From Candidatus Hadarchaeales archaeon (GTDB lineage Archaea > Hadarchaeota > Hadarchaeia > Hadarchaeales > Hadarchaeaceae): 24,444 nucleotides of DNA. Below are positions 7,097 through 17,311 of the stretch, in pieces. The notes under the pieces were generated by a model, which saw nothing but the letters and a program-made list of their open reading frames with translations, made no database searches and was not told where the DNA came from. The stretch covers positions 1 to 24,444 of the forward strand of contig JAWCLG010000013.1 in NCBI GenBank assembly GCA_038851075.1, written 5' to 3'. The position numbers and the translations under genes are program-made. Every line of letters begins with the position of its first letter. Position 1 is the stretch's first letter.

Positions 7097-7672
7097 TTGG
7101 ACGATATAATAGCGGTGCTATTTGTAATCACGGCCGTGCTGCTGTTTGTTTTCATCCTGATGACGAACAGGAAGCTGAGCAGATATCAGAAACTTAAGCA
7201 GGAAAACGAAACGCTTAGAAATGAGGTCGCGAAGCTTAAAACCGTCAACAGGACCCTGATGAGCAACGCCGGAATCGGACCTCTCTCCCGGGCCAAGAGA
7301 AATCAGGTCCTGTTCGAGTTCATCAGGGACCTGGAGGCAGTGAGGGCTGCCGTGGCAGGGGCAAAGGTCGCTCAGGAAACACTGGAGAGGAAATACGGGC
7401 TTAAACCGGGGGAAGAGCTACTGAACCGCATACTCGCAAACCCGGAAATAGAAACCTCGGTGAAGAACGGCATCGCGGACGAGATCCTGGTGGGAGAAGT
7501 CGGCAGAACTCTCATGAAATGCCTGGAAAAAGGGATGACGATAGATGAGGCTTCGGAGAAGGCAGGCGTCCCGCTGTCAGTGGCCAGGGGACAGGTGATA
7601 AGGCTCCAGCTTCTCGGATATATAGATTCCAGGCTGAAGCCGACCGAGAAAGGAAATCAGTCAATAATCTGA
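7097..7672 (+). CDS. Hypothetical protein: N-terminal TM helix, coiled coil, C-terminal winged HTH
   Basis: TM IIAVLFVITAVLLFVFILM; heptads YQKLKQENETLRNEVAKLKTVN; wHTH GMTIDEASEKAGVPLSVARGQVIRLQLLGYIDSRLKPTEKG. The start is TTG 7097 (SD GGTGA 7088-7092) or ATG 7082. Confidence 0.7.
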   Translation: MDDIIAVLFVITAVLLFVFILMTNRKLSRYQKLKQENETLRNEVAKLKTVNRTLMSNAGIGPLSRAKRNQVLFEFIRDLEAVRAAVAGAKVAQETLERKYGLKPGEELLNRILANPEIETSVKNGIADEILVGEVGRTLMKCLEKGMTIDEASEKAGVPLSVARGQVIRLQLLGYIDSRLKPTEKGNQSII

Positions 7673-7686
7673 AATCGGGTGGACTG

Positions 7687-8217
7687 ATGAACCACAGTGC
7701 GTTAGAGGGTGGGCTGATCATGCCAGAGGAACTCAGGGCTGTGCTCAGGCGTCCTTTGGGAAGGCTCTTTCCAAGCCCGGTTAAACTCGTGGAATTTCTG
7801 TCGGAGAAACGTCCAATTTCAATAATTACTGTAGGGGACAGGACCAGCGTGGAGATGATAAAAAGCGGGATTAAGCCGGATATTACTGTGGTTGATTTCA
7901 AGGAGATGAGAGAACCCGTAGAGAAAAAAGCGCGAAAGTTGCTGATGTCGTTTGGAAAACGTGAAAAGATGGTCACGAATCCCCCGGGGACAATCACCCC
8001 CGGACTCATTGCTGCAATCGCTGATGCGGAAAAGGGCACTAGAATAATCGTTAATGGAGAGGAGGATCTGGCGGTTCTCCCAGCGGTGCTCCTGTCAAAA
8101 GAGGGAACTGTTGTGATATATGGCCAGCCGAAGGAGGGGATCGTTCTGATCGAGGTAACCGTAAAGAAAAAGGAAGAAGTTGCCGGAATCCTAAAGAAAT
8201 TTAAACGGATACCATGA
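7687..8217 (+). CDS. GTP-dependent dephospho-CoA kinase (DUF359/COG1909)
   Basis: Motifs LRRPLG, ITVGDRTS, VVDFK, NPPGTIT, VNGEEDLAVLP and YGQPKEG. It sits in its usual position upstream of rps24e. Confidence 0.92.
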   Translation: MNHSALEGGLIMPEELRAVLRRPLGRLFPSPVKLVEFLSEKRPISIITVGDRTSVEMIKSGIKPDITVVDFKEMREPVEKKARKLLMSFGKREKMVTNPPGTITPGLIAAIADAEKGTRIIVNGEEDLAVLPAVLLSKEGTVVIYGQPKEGIVLIEVTVKKKEEVAGILKKFKRIP

Positions 8218-8239
8218 AGAGATAGAGGCGGGTGACAGG

Positions 8240-8575
8240 ATGAAACTGGAGATAATCGAGAAAAAAGAAAACAAGCTGCTCAAAAGAACCGAGGTCAAAT
8301 TTCGGGTGGAGCACCCGGGTGCCCCTACCCCGCCCAGAAAGGAAGTGCTTTCCGGGTTATCCCAGTCCCTGGGAGTTTCCGAGGAACTCATAGCGCTCGA
8401 GCGAATATCGGGCTCCCATGGAAGTCACATATCCAACGGGATTGCCAGACTGTACCAGAGCAGAGAGGATCTCGTAAAGTCTGAAAGGGATTATCTCCTG
8501 AAAAGGGGCATGCCAAAAGAAGCCGAAAAGCCGAAGGAGGAGCCAAAAAAAGAAAAGGGTGAGAAGAGTGGGTGA
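8240..8575 (+). CDS. rps24e: 30S ribosomal protein S24e (eS24)
   Basis: [36 protein letters not shown]...GIARLY; SD GGGTGA. Confidence 0.96.
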   Translation: MKLEIIEKKENKLLKRTEVKFRVEHPGAPTPPRKEVLSGLSQSLGVSEELIALERISGSHGSHISNGIARLYQSREDLVKSERDYLLKRGMPKEAEKPKEEPKKEKGEKSG

Positions 8576-8726
8576 AAAGAAAAAGACGAGCCTATACTCC
8601 GTGGAAGGGAACACTGTGAAGCGGACGCATCCGGGCTGTCCCAGATGCGGTCCTGGGATTTTCATGGCAGATCACGGGAACCGCTGGTCGTGCGGAAAAT
8701 GTGGATACACGGAATTTAAGAAGTGA
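8568..8726 (+). CDS. rps27ae: 30S ribosomal protein S27ae (eS31), 52 aa; not in the ORF track
   Basis: GTG 8568 with SD GGGTGA translates to [52 protein letters not shown], a CPRC/CGKC Zn ribbon. It follows rps24e. Confidence 0.96.
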   Translation: MGEKKKTSLYSVEGNTVKRTHPGCPRCGPGIFMADHGNRWSCGKCGYTEFKK

Positions 8727-9990
8727 TCTTGATCGCCTTTTCGAAAAGAAACGCGCTTTCGCTGGCTAACTCCTGGATGGATTTGGCGTACTCCCCTTCA
8801 GCCTTTCTTATAGATTCCCTGAGAGCCTCAATCTCCCTGACCGTTTTCTCCTTTTTCTCCATCAACTCGCGAATGTTTTGCTCGATTGAACGCTCCGCTT
8901 TCTCCGCCGGATGCTCAAGTCCGCTGTAGCTCCCCGACCTGCTGGCCAGACCATCGAACCTTGATTTCATATCGCCCAGAGAGACCGCCAGCTTCCTGAC
9001 CTTATCCAGTTTTTTCTTCCTGTCCGTCTCCTCGAGCTCGATCTTTCGCTCCTCGATAAGCCTCGCAATGTCCGTCAGAAGCTCCTTTGCTGCGTTCACA
9101 AGTGATCCGTCAGAAAACAGGTCAAGAGGATTATCCATGCAGACCCTCAGAACCTTTATCCGATCACCATCCATAGGGTGAGTTCCAGAGTCAACAAGCT
9201 TCCATGCTTTTCTCAACGGTCTGGCTATCTCCGAAAACGCGGCGGAAACCTCGTTTCTGAATCTCCTGAGCTCGTTCTCAACCGCCCCAGCCTCGGCCTT
9301 TATCCCTGCCTCGGCGACATACTCCTCACTCTTTCTCAGTTCCTCCAGCTTTTTCCCCTCATCAGCGATTCCTGAATCGAGCAATGGAACCGATGCCTCA
9401 AGCTCGGCCAGCTTCTTTCTCCGTTCTGAAATGGCGGACCTCAAAGATATCACGGAGTTTATCTTCAACCGGAGGGAATCTATTCTATCCACCTCAGACA
9501 GCAACCTGCTGCCGAGTTCGTGCATCTGTCTCAGCAGATACTGCATACGATCAATCCTTAGCCGAAGCCTGGCGAATTCCCTTTCAAAAACGGCCCCCAC
9601 GTACCTGCCGTGTGCCACCATGGCGTCCGTCGTTAGGTTCACGGACTTCACGAGCCTCTGCTCAAAATCCCTCAGCGAGTCCGCGGAGATGTCCTGCGGA
9701 GCCTTCAGCTCCGAAAGGGCACGCCTGATTTTATCTATGAGGAGTTTCCTGCCGCTCTCCCCTGCCTTCAGCAGCCCGGGATAAATCTCCGACACAGGCT
9801 TCGACACGGTTAGTTCTTCAAGAGCGCCGAGCACCTCGTCCCTGCACCCAATTATCTCGGAGATTGTGGTTCTGAATGTGCTTTGATAGGATATTATCTT
9901 TTCATTTCTGAGCTCAGACAGCCTCTTCTCCAAGTCATCCACAGAAAGTGTTTCGATTTTCTCCCTGCCCATTCCGAATATCCTTCTCAA
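8716..9990 (-). CDS. Hypothetical long coiled-coil protein
   Basis: A 424-aa charged, helical ORF with heptad-rich segments. TTG start with SD-like GGGGGT; ATG 9972 is an alternative. No Walker A or TM segment seen. Confidence 0.8.
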   Translation of the reverse strand: MRRIFGMGREKIETLSVDDLEKRLSELRNEKIISYQSTFRTTISEIIGCRDEVLGALEELTVSKPVSEIYPGLLKAGESGRKLLIDKIRRALSELKAPQDISADSLRDFEQRLVKSVNLTTDAMVAHGRYVGAVFEREFARLRLRIDRMQYLLRQMHELGSRLLSEVDRIDSLRLKINSVISLRSAISERRKKLAELEASVPLLDSGIADEGKKLEELRKSEEYVAEAGIKAEAGAVENELRRFRNEVSAAFSEIARPLRKAWKLVDSGTHPMDGDRIKVLRVCMDNPLDLFSDGSLVNAAKELLTDIARLIEERKIELEETDRKKKLDKVRKLAVSLGDMKSRFDGLASRSGSYSGLEHPAEKAERSIEQNIRELMEKKEKTVREIEALRESIRKAEGEYAKSIQELASESAFLFEKAIKITS

Positions 9991-10004
9991 TTTACCCCCG
10001 ATAG

Positions 10005-11042
<1,038 letters not shown>

Positions 11043-11043
11043 A

Positions 11044-11709
11044 ATGCTGCTGAAGAAAGGAGCCGAAGCCGATATTTTTAAAGAGCGGTTTTCTAGAACA
11101 GTGCACCCCGCCGGAAAGGGGAACGTGGTCATAAAGCTCAGAAAGATAAAAAAATATCGCATACCTGAAATAGACGTGGTCCTGAGAGAGTCCAGAACTG
11201 CTTTAGAGGCAAAGCTCATTTCTGACGCCAAGAGAGCCGGCGTCCCGACTCCCGCGATCTACCATGTTGACAGAAAAAACACGAAAATCATTATGCAGTA
11301 CGTGAAGGGAAAACAGGTCAAGCACTTTATGAATGAGGCGAAACCTGAAGAGAGAAAAAGGATATGCAGGGAGATAGGAAAAATCGTGGCACGGCTTCAC
11401 AGGTCAGGGATTGCGCACGGTGACCTTACGACGTCCAACATGATTCTGGCAGGAGATGACAAGGTATACCTGATCGACTTCGGTTTGGGGGAGTACAACA
11501 GCTCCACCGAGGCACGGGGGGTGGACCTGCACCTGCTCAGGAGAGCTCTGGAAAGCGTCCACTTCAGGTTCTCCAAGAGCGCATACGTGGAGGTGTTAAA
11601 GGGGTACGCCATGGAGTTCGGGAAAGGTGCCGAGGAGATAATAAACAGGGCGGAGGAGATAAGCAGGAGGGGGAGATACGTGGAGAGGGAGGAGAGACCG
11701 TGGCGTTGA
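11044..11709 (+). CDS. bud32: KEOPS kinase/ATPase Bud32
   Basis: KKGAEA, KKYR.PEID..LR..RT..EA, HGDLTTSN, LIDFGL, VDLHLL and RGRY. ATG 11044 is 1 nt after the kae1 stop, with SD GGAGG. Confidence 0.95.
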   Translation: MLLKKGAEADIFKERFSRTVHPAGKGNVVIKLRKIKKYRIPEIDVVLRESRTALEAKLISDAKRAGVPTPAIYHVDRKNTKIIMQYVKGKQVKHFMNEAKPEERKRICREIGKIVARLHRSGIAHGDLTTSNMILAGDDKVYLIDFGLGEYNSSTEARGVDLHLLRRALESVHFRFSKSAYVEVLKGYAMEFGKGAEEIINRAEEISRRGRYVEREERPWR

Positions 11710-12260
11710 ACTTTGTCACGACGAATTCTCACAAGTTTCATGAGGTCGAGAGGATCGCCAGAGAATACGGAATCGAGGTCATACACAGAAACCTCCCCTA
11801 CACAGAAATACAGAGCGACACGATAGAGGACGTGGCCAGGGCCGGAGCGCGGGAAGCGTGCGGATCGCTCGGCGTTCCATGCTTCGTGGAGGACTCAGGA
11901 CTGTTCATCAAAGCTCTTGGCGGTTTTCCAGGCCCCTATTCAAAATTCGTTTTCAAGACAATAGGCAACAGAGGTATCCTCAAGCTGATGCGGGGTGAGA
12001 CCGACAGAAGGGCTGAGTTCATGTCATCTGTCGGTTACTGCGAACCTGGAAAAGATCCCGTCGTTTTTACCGCCAGCGCTCCGGGACGAATAGCCGATTC
12101 GGCAATGGGCTCACATGGATTTGGCTACGATCCAATCTTCATACCCGACGCCGGAGACGGGCGCACCTTCGGCGAAATGACAATCGATGAAAAAAACCTG
12201 TTCTCCCACAGAAACATGGCAATCAGAAAATTTATGACTTGGCTGTCCGGCAGCGCGTGA
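11700..12260 (+). CDS. rdgB: Non-canonical purine NTP pyrophosphatase (RdgB/HAM1; dITP/XTP)
   Basis: FVTTNSHKFHE, EIQ, VEDSGLFIKALGGFPGPYS, GFGYDPIF and EKNLFSHR. Confidence 0.96.
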   Translation: MALNFVTTNSHKFHEVERIAREYGIEVIHRNLPYTEIQSDTIEDVARAGAREACGSLGVPCFVEDSGLFIKALGGFPGPYSKFVFKTIGNRGILKLMRGETDRRAEFMSSVGYCEPGKDPVVFTASAPGRIADSAMGSHGFGYDPIFIPDAGDGRTFGEMTIDEKNLFSHRNMAIRKFMTWLSGSA

Positions 12261-12362
12261 AGGCAGATCCCAGCAATTCCAGAACAAGTGGGGGTAATTT
12301 CCATGCTCCAAAAACGACTTAAATCCGTAAAGCCCTAAGCCTCTTTGACGGAGGACGTGAAA

Positions 12363-12785
12363 ATGGCTGATAACGTGAGGGAGAAAAACTGGGAAGGACA
12401 GGTCACCCTTTCTCCTGAGGAGGTGGAGGAGAAGGTGATCTCGCTGGCCAAGAGAGGAAATACGCCAAGCATGATAGGTATGATCCTGAGAGACCAGTAC
12501 GGCGTGCCAAATGTGAAAGCGATCACCAAAAAAAGCATCTCCGAGATACTGAAGGAAAAGGGATTGAAACCGGAAATACCTGAAGACATGAAAAGTGTGA
12601 TATCGAAGGCAGTAAAGCTTTACAGTCATCTCGAGAAAAACCCGAAGGATTTTAAAACAAAAAGGGCGCTTGAAACGGTTGAATCGAGGATAAACCGCCT
12701 TGCGAGGTACTACAGAGAAAAAGGTGTTCTTCCATCCAACTGGAGATACGACAGAGAACGCGCTGCACTGATTGCAAAGTCATGA
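12363..12785 (+). CDS. rps15: 30S ribosomal protein S15 (uS15/S13e family)
   Basis: SPEEVEEKVISLAKRG..PSMIGMILRDQYGVP, IPEDM, HLEKNPKD and ESRINRLARYY...LP.NWRY. ATG 12363 has SD GGAGG. Confidence 0.96.
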   Translation: MADNVREKNWEGQVTLSPEEVEEKVISLAKRGNTPSMIGMILRDQYGVPNVKAITKKSISEILKEKGLKPEIPEDMKSVISKAVKLYSHLEKNPKDFKTKRALETVESRINRLARYYREKGVLPSNWRYDRERAALIAKS

Positions 12786-12980
12786 CCGATCTAATCCTGG
12801 ACTCCCAATGTACCATACTTTGCCCCCACAAATCGACTGCCACATGACAGCTCCATTCCGTGACCCGTTATACAAATGCCTTATAAAACACCTCTTTCAT
12901 AGAGAAAAAGGTCAAAACGGGGGCGAACATCCAATTGTCTGATTTAAAACCTGTCTGCAGCGACAAATGAGGTATTTAAC

Positions 12981-14396
12981 ATGTCTAGGGATGAGGTTAA
13001 ACTTTTCTACCGAGAAGCTGACGAGGCTGCGTCAGTTATCAGAGAAAGGATAGAGGGTGGCGAAAAAAGAGTATGGATTACCTCGCACTGGGATGCCGAC
13101 GGAATCGCATCTGCGGCCATCATGGCAAAATGTCTGCACGCGATGAATGTGCCTTTTACCTTCAGGTTCACAAAACCTGTCGGACCTGGCGATGTGGAGG
13201 AACTTGCGAAAAGCGAATATGAAATTTACGTTTTTTTGGACCAGGGCGGCAGTCAGCTTGAGGCCATACGCAGGCACATTTTGGGGAAGGGCGCGGAAGC
13301 CATAGTAGTCGATCATCACCCTGGTCCTCCAATCGAACATCAAAACCTCGTCTACTTCAACCCGCACCTGTACGGGCTGAATGGTGGAAGAGACATAAGC
13401 GCCAGCGGGGCAACTTATTCGATCGTTGAAAGAATAAATGTGAAATTCAGATCGCTAATAAGCCTTGCAATAGTCGGAGCGATCGGAGACCGTCAGGAGT
13501 TTCCCTCAGGGTTCATGGGAGTGAACTCAGAACTGTTGAAGAGGGCAACGGATCTTGGGCTCATATACAGGGGGGAAGGGATCAGGCTGGTGGGAAGAAC
13601 CATCTGGCCGGCATGTGAGTGCATCAGGCTTTCAACCAGACCGTATGTCACCGGACTCTCCGGAAACGTGGTTGAGTGCATGTCAATCCTGGAGTCGCTA
13701 GACATAGCACCAAAAAAACTCCTGTGTGAGATAGGAGAGGAAAAAGAAGCCGCCCTCGCGGCCGCCATATCAAAAAAAGCTGGGAGAGTTTCAGAAAAGG
13801 ATGAATTCAAACACGCCCTCTGGGGCGCCACATACTCAAGAACAGAAAGCGAAATCGCGGGACCCATAGACATAAGGGACTATGCAACCGTCCTCGATGC
13901 ATGTGGAAGCATGAAAAAACCGGAAGCCGGATTTGCCATGGCTATAGGCAGCGCGCAGCAGGATGCCACCAATGTGCTGAAGGAGTACCAAGAGGAGATG
14001 CTCGGTGTAATAAGGTGGGCCATTGGAAAGCTGCCGCACTTCAAAACAGCAGAAAACTTCAGGTACCTGCTCGCCGGGCAGGAGATAAGGCCCGCGCTCA
14101 TAGGGGAGGCGATCTCGCTGCTGATAGAGTCCGGACTGGTTCCTGTGGACAGACCTCTGATAGCGGTCGCGGAAAAGGATGGAAAAAACGTGAAGGTTTC
14201 CGCCAGAAGCACCATTGCCCTGAGCGACAGGGGATACGATCTCGGAAGAGCGCTTGCAAGTTCTGCTCAGGAGGTGGGGGGACACGGAAGCGGACACGAT
14301 GTTGCAGCGGCGGCGACGATACCAAAGGACCGCATCGAAGAGTTTCTTGGAAAATTGGATGTCAACCTGAAGTCCGCCAGGGGGGCGACTGCTTGA
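12981..14396 (+). CDS. recJ: DHH-family phosphoesterase, archaeal RecJ/Cdc45-like (GAN-like) nuclease with DHHA1 domain
   Basis: HWDADG, FLDQG, VVDHH, SASG, GAIGD, KVSAR and GSGHDVAA. It occupies the conserved position after rps15. Confidence 0.9.
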   Translation: MSRDEVKLFYREADEAASVIRERIEGGEKRVWITSHWDADGIASAAIMAKCLHAMNVPFTFRFTKPVGPGDVEELAKSEYEIYVFLDQGGSQLEAIRRHILGKGAEAIVVDHHPGPPIEHQNLVYFNPHLYGLNGGRDISASGATYSIVERINVKFRSLISLAIVGAIGDRQEFPSGFMGVNSELLKRATDLGLIYRGEGIRLVGRTIWPACECIRLSTRPYVTGLSGNVVECMSILESLDIAPKKLLCEIGEEKEAALAAAISKKAGRVSEKDEFKHALWGATYSRTESEIAGPIDIRDYATVLDACGSMKKPEAGFAMAIGSAQQDATNVLKEYQEEMLGVIRWAIGKLPHFKTAENFRYLLAGQEIRPALIGEAISLLIESGLVPVDRPLIAVAEKDGKNVKVSARSTIALSDRGYDLGRALASSAQEVGGHGSGHDVAAAATIPKDRIEEFLGKLDVNLKSARGATA

Positions 14397-14632
14397 GGAT
14401 GAGTGCGAGAATTGAACTTACCTATCGAAACAGGAGAACGGCCGCATCAATAGCTAGGGCGCTTCAACCGGACAACAGCAGACTGCCTGAGGGCGTGACC
14501 GTTTCCACCGTTCACTCTGGAAGAACGGTGTTCAACGAGGTGAAGATTGAAGGAAAAATAGGCACCATGCTGTCAACCCTGGACGACATCCTAGCATGTA
14601 CCGCATCGGCTGAAAACGTAATACTCGGGTAG
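14393..14632 (+). CDS. pcc1: KEOPS complex subunit Pcc1
   Basis: 3' part of track ORF 13901-14632: ARIELTY...AASIARALQPDN...TMLSTLDDILAC...AE. TTG 14393 overlaps the recJ stop (TTGA); ATG 14399 is an alternative. Conserved recJ-pcc1 synteny. Confidence 0.85.
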   Translation: MRMSARIELTYRNRRTAASIARALQPDNSRLPEGVTVSTVHSGRTVFNEVKIEGKIGTMLSTLDDILACTASAENVILG

Positions 14633-14668
14633 TTTCCTCAGATTCAAACAACATCAGTTTAATACTAA

Positions 14669-15145
14669 ATGAGTGAACACTATATGCCTGAAAAGATGCC
14701 TAAATATGAAAAGGTCGATCCGAGAGCTCTGATCTCGGTTCCCAACATCCTCTGCCCAAAGTGCCAGAATCTCATGAAAATCGCTGGAAGAATAGAGGTC
14801 AAAACTCCCGGCGGCAGGTTCAGGAAAGGGGGCAGCACACCGCACCTGAGATACCGCTGTGCAAAATGCAGGACCGAATTTGACCTTGATCTGACAAGGA
14901 GAGGAGGATGCTTCATAGCCACCGCTGCGTACGGAACCGGAGCGGCCCATGACATAAACCTGCTCAGATCTTTCAGGGACAACTATCTCCACAGGGCTTC
15001 CGCAGGACGGGCCTTTATTTCATTCTACTACGCTGTTTCTCCGGCGGTTGCAGGCGCCATCGCAAAGTCCGCTCAGCTCAGACTCATCACGAGAGCCATC
15101 CTAAAGCCCATCCTGGTCATTGCCAGGAGAAAGGTTCTGCTGTAG
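14669..15145 (+). CDS. Zn-ribbon protein fused to a CFI-box-CTERM domain
   Basis: CPKC...YRCAKC followed by GGCFIATAAYGT...LRSFRDNYL...GRAFISFYYAVSPAVA..IA....LR...R.ILKP. Several in-frame ATGs make the start uncertain. Confidence 0.85.
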   Translation: MSEHYMPEKMPKYEKVDPRALISVPNILCPKCQNLMKIAGRIEVKTPGGRFRKGGSTPHLRYRCAKCRTEFDLDLTRRGGCFIATAAYGTGAAHDINLLRSFRDNYLHRASAGRAFISFYYAVSPAVAGAIAKSAQLRLITRAILKPILVIARRKVLL

Positions 15146-15202
15146 GCGACGTATAAAGAATAACCTTTTCAAATACCCGGACCATTCAATTTTGGCGGTA
15201 AA

Positions 15203-16696
15203 ATGAAATTCGAGCTCAGGGGAAGAATAAAATTCAGCGATGATCTCAATCAGGCTGCCGCAGATGTTGGATCAATCCTGAAGGAAGCGGGAGGCCTGCT
15301 GGAAAAGGGAGTTCCGAAAGGTGAGGCAGGAGCAAAGCTGGAGAGCTGGAGGATAGACGGAAGAGATATAGAGGTTGAGATAAAGTCCGGGAGGCATGTC
15401 AGAGCGCATGATGCCATGCTGAGGGTAGCAAAACTCCTTGGAACCGAACTCGGAAAGAGGAGGAAGATAGGGCTGAGAGGGGTTCTGATATCTGAAGAAA
15501 AGGTCACGATTCCAGGGTGTCTGGACAAAGAAGCGCTTGAATCGATGGCTGAACATCCGTTCACTGTGAAAAACACGCCAGATGGAGTGGAGCTGAACTT
15601 CAGGGAAATATGCGAGTCTGAGATCAGGAACAGGGTAATCGACAGGGCTGTGAGCTCCGTTCAGGATGCGCTTACCAGAAAGAAAACACGTGCGACGGAG
15701 CCTGAAGTGGTGAAAAGCGGCGGCAGGGTTCAGCACACATACAAAAAAGATCCCTTTGAGGAATGTCTGAAACGCGGATGGATAGTGGAATTTCCGGGAA
15801 GGGGCCAGTGGATATTATCCGAGCCCTACGCCGCCCTCGTACGGGCAATAGAAGGTCTAGTGGTCGAGAGAATCGCAGGGAAGATGGGATTTAAGGAGGT
15901 TATGCTGCCCAAGCTTATACCCCTGCAGGTCATGAAAAAAATGCCTGGCTATCTTGACTCGGTTCCTGAGGGCATGTATTACGTCTGCCCGCCTCCCAGG
16001 GATCCGGAATCTTTCTCTAAATTCAAAAGCCGCCTCAAGCTCACCGGGAAGATACCTGTAGACGAACTCGACAAAATCCTCAAGGAGCCATCATACGTGC
16101 TCGCTCCGGCGCAGTGCGAGCCGTTTTATCAGGCATTTTCCGGAAAACGGGTGAGGCTCGAGGACCTCCCGGTGAAGATGTACGACAGGAGCGGATGGAC
16201 CTACAGGTGGGAAGGAGGAGGTGTCGAGGGCTTGGTTAGAACACAGGAGTTCGTTCGCACAGAGTTTGTTTTCATGGGATCGCCTTCTGACGTTGTTTCC
16301 CTGAGGGATGAGGTGGTTGAGAAAAGTGTGAAGCTCATCGAAGATCTGGGAGTAGAGTGGAGGCTGCTCGTGGCCACACCATTTTACCTCAGAGAAAGCG
16401 ACGCAGGATCTAACGCAGGGTCAGGAGTTGCAACATATGACTTGGAGGCTTTTCTGCCTTACAGTGAAAAATGGCTCGAGGTCGGCTCGTACAACGTCCA
16501 CAGGGACCGGTTCACTAAGAGTTTTAAGATAAAAGAGGTCAAGGATAGAGAGATCTGGACGGGGTGCTGCGGCTTCGGGATAAGCAGGTGGGCAGTTGCC
16601 TTCCTGGCACAGCACGGAATGGAACAGGACTCGTGGCCGTCCCCTGTGAGGGATAAAATCGAGGCGCTCAGGTCCGGATTCAGGGTAGTTGAGTAA
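15203..16696 (+). CDS. serS: Serine--tRNA ligase, methanogen-type (type 2)
   Basis: N-terminal domain MKFELRGRIKFS...SGRHVRAHDAMLR...ELGK..KIGLRG, plus FPGRGQW, PEGMYYVCPP.RDPE, LAPAQCEPFY, DRSGWTYRWEGGG, EFVRTE and IWTGCCGFG.SRW. Confidence 0.95.
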   Translation: MKFELRGRIKFSDDLNQAAADVGSILKEAGGLLEKGVPKGEAGAKLESWRIDGRDIEVEIKSGRHVRAHDAMLRVAKLLGTELGKRRKIGLRGVLISEEKVTIPGCLDKEALESMAEHPFTVKNTPDGVELNFREICESEIRNRVIDRAVSSVQDALTRKKTRATEPEVVKSGGRVQHTYKKDPFEECLKRGWIVEFPGRGQWILSEPYAALVRAIEGLVVERIAGKMGFKEVMLPKLIPLQVMKKMPGYLDSVPEGMYYVCPPPRDPESFSKFKSRLKLTGKIPVDELDKILKEPSYVLAPAQCEPFYQAFSGKRVRLEDLPVKMYDRSGWTYRWEGGGVEGLVRTQEFVRTEFVFMGSPSDVVSLRDEVVEKSVKLIEDLGVEWRLLVATPFYLRESDAGSNAGSGVATYDLEAFLPYSEKWLEVGSYNVHRDRFTKSFKIKEVKDREIWTGCCGFGISRWAVAFLAQHGMEQDSWPSPVRDKIEALRSGFRVVE

Positions 16697-17305
16697 ATGT
16701 CTGAAGAAAAGAAGAGGCTTGCGAAGAGAACGTGGCGCGATAAGAGATGGTTCGAGGTAGTTGCTCCCCCCATATTTGCGGGGAGAGTTATAGGAGAAAC
16801 TCCTGCAATGGACCAGTCCCAGCTCCTCGGAAGGATATTCGAAACCACGCTGGGCGACATGATAGATGACTTTTCAAAATCTCACATCAAGCTCTACTTT
16901 CAGATAACCGGCATGGACGGTGAAAAAGCGGTAACATCGTTCGCAGGACATGAGATGGTAAAGGACTACGTCAGGAGCATAGTGAGAAGGAGGTCCAGTA
17001 AGATCGAGGAGACGATAAACGTCACGACAAAAGACGGCTACAGGATGAAAATAAGCGCTATGGTGACGACATTGAGATCAATACAGTCGACCAGGCTAAC
17101 AATGATCAGAAACGAAATGAAGGCCGTTATAAAGTCCAAGGCGGAGGAAAGAAATCTAGACGAATTTGCACTCGAGGTGGTGCTGGGAAAGCTATCTGCC
17201 GATATATACAAACGTTGCAAGGTTTACTGCCCCATTCACAAGGTTGAGGTTTTCAAGAGTAAAGTGCTGTCCGGACCATCTCGAACCACCGAGTCCTCCG
17301 GATGA
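16697..17305 (+). CDS. rps3ae: 30S ribosomal protein S3Ae (eS1)
   Basis: WRDKRWFEVVAP..F...IGETPA, LLGRIFETTLGD, FAGHE...DYVRSIVRRRSSKI, TKDGY and PIHKVEVFKSKVL. Confidence 0.96.
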   Translation: MSEEKKRLAKRTWRDKRWFEVVAPPIFAGRVIGETPAMDQSQLLGRIFETTLGDMIDDFSKSHIKLYFQITGMDGEKAVTSFAGHEMVKDYVRSIVRRRSSKIEETINVTTKDGYRMKISAMVTTLRSIQSTRLTMIRNEMKAVIKSKAEERNLDEFALEVVLGKLSADIYKRCKVYCPIHKVEVFKSKVLSGPSRTTESSG

Positions 17306-17311
17306 GCTCAC

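Noticed and set aside
8716-9990. SMC/Rad50-type ATPase
   Set aside because: No Walker A/B, signature or Zn-hook motif is visible; it is coiled coil only.
13901-14392. The 243-aa track ORF as a long Pcc1 fusion
   Set aside because: The N-terminal part overlaps recJ in another frame and reads as Arg/Gly/Cys-rich shadow sequence. Only 14393-14632 resembles Pcc1.
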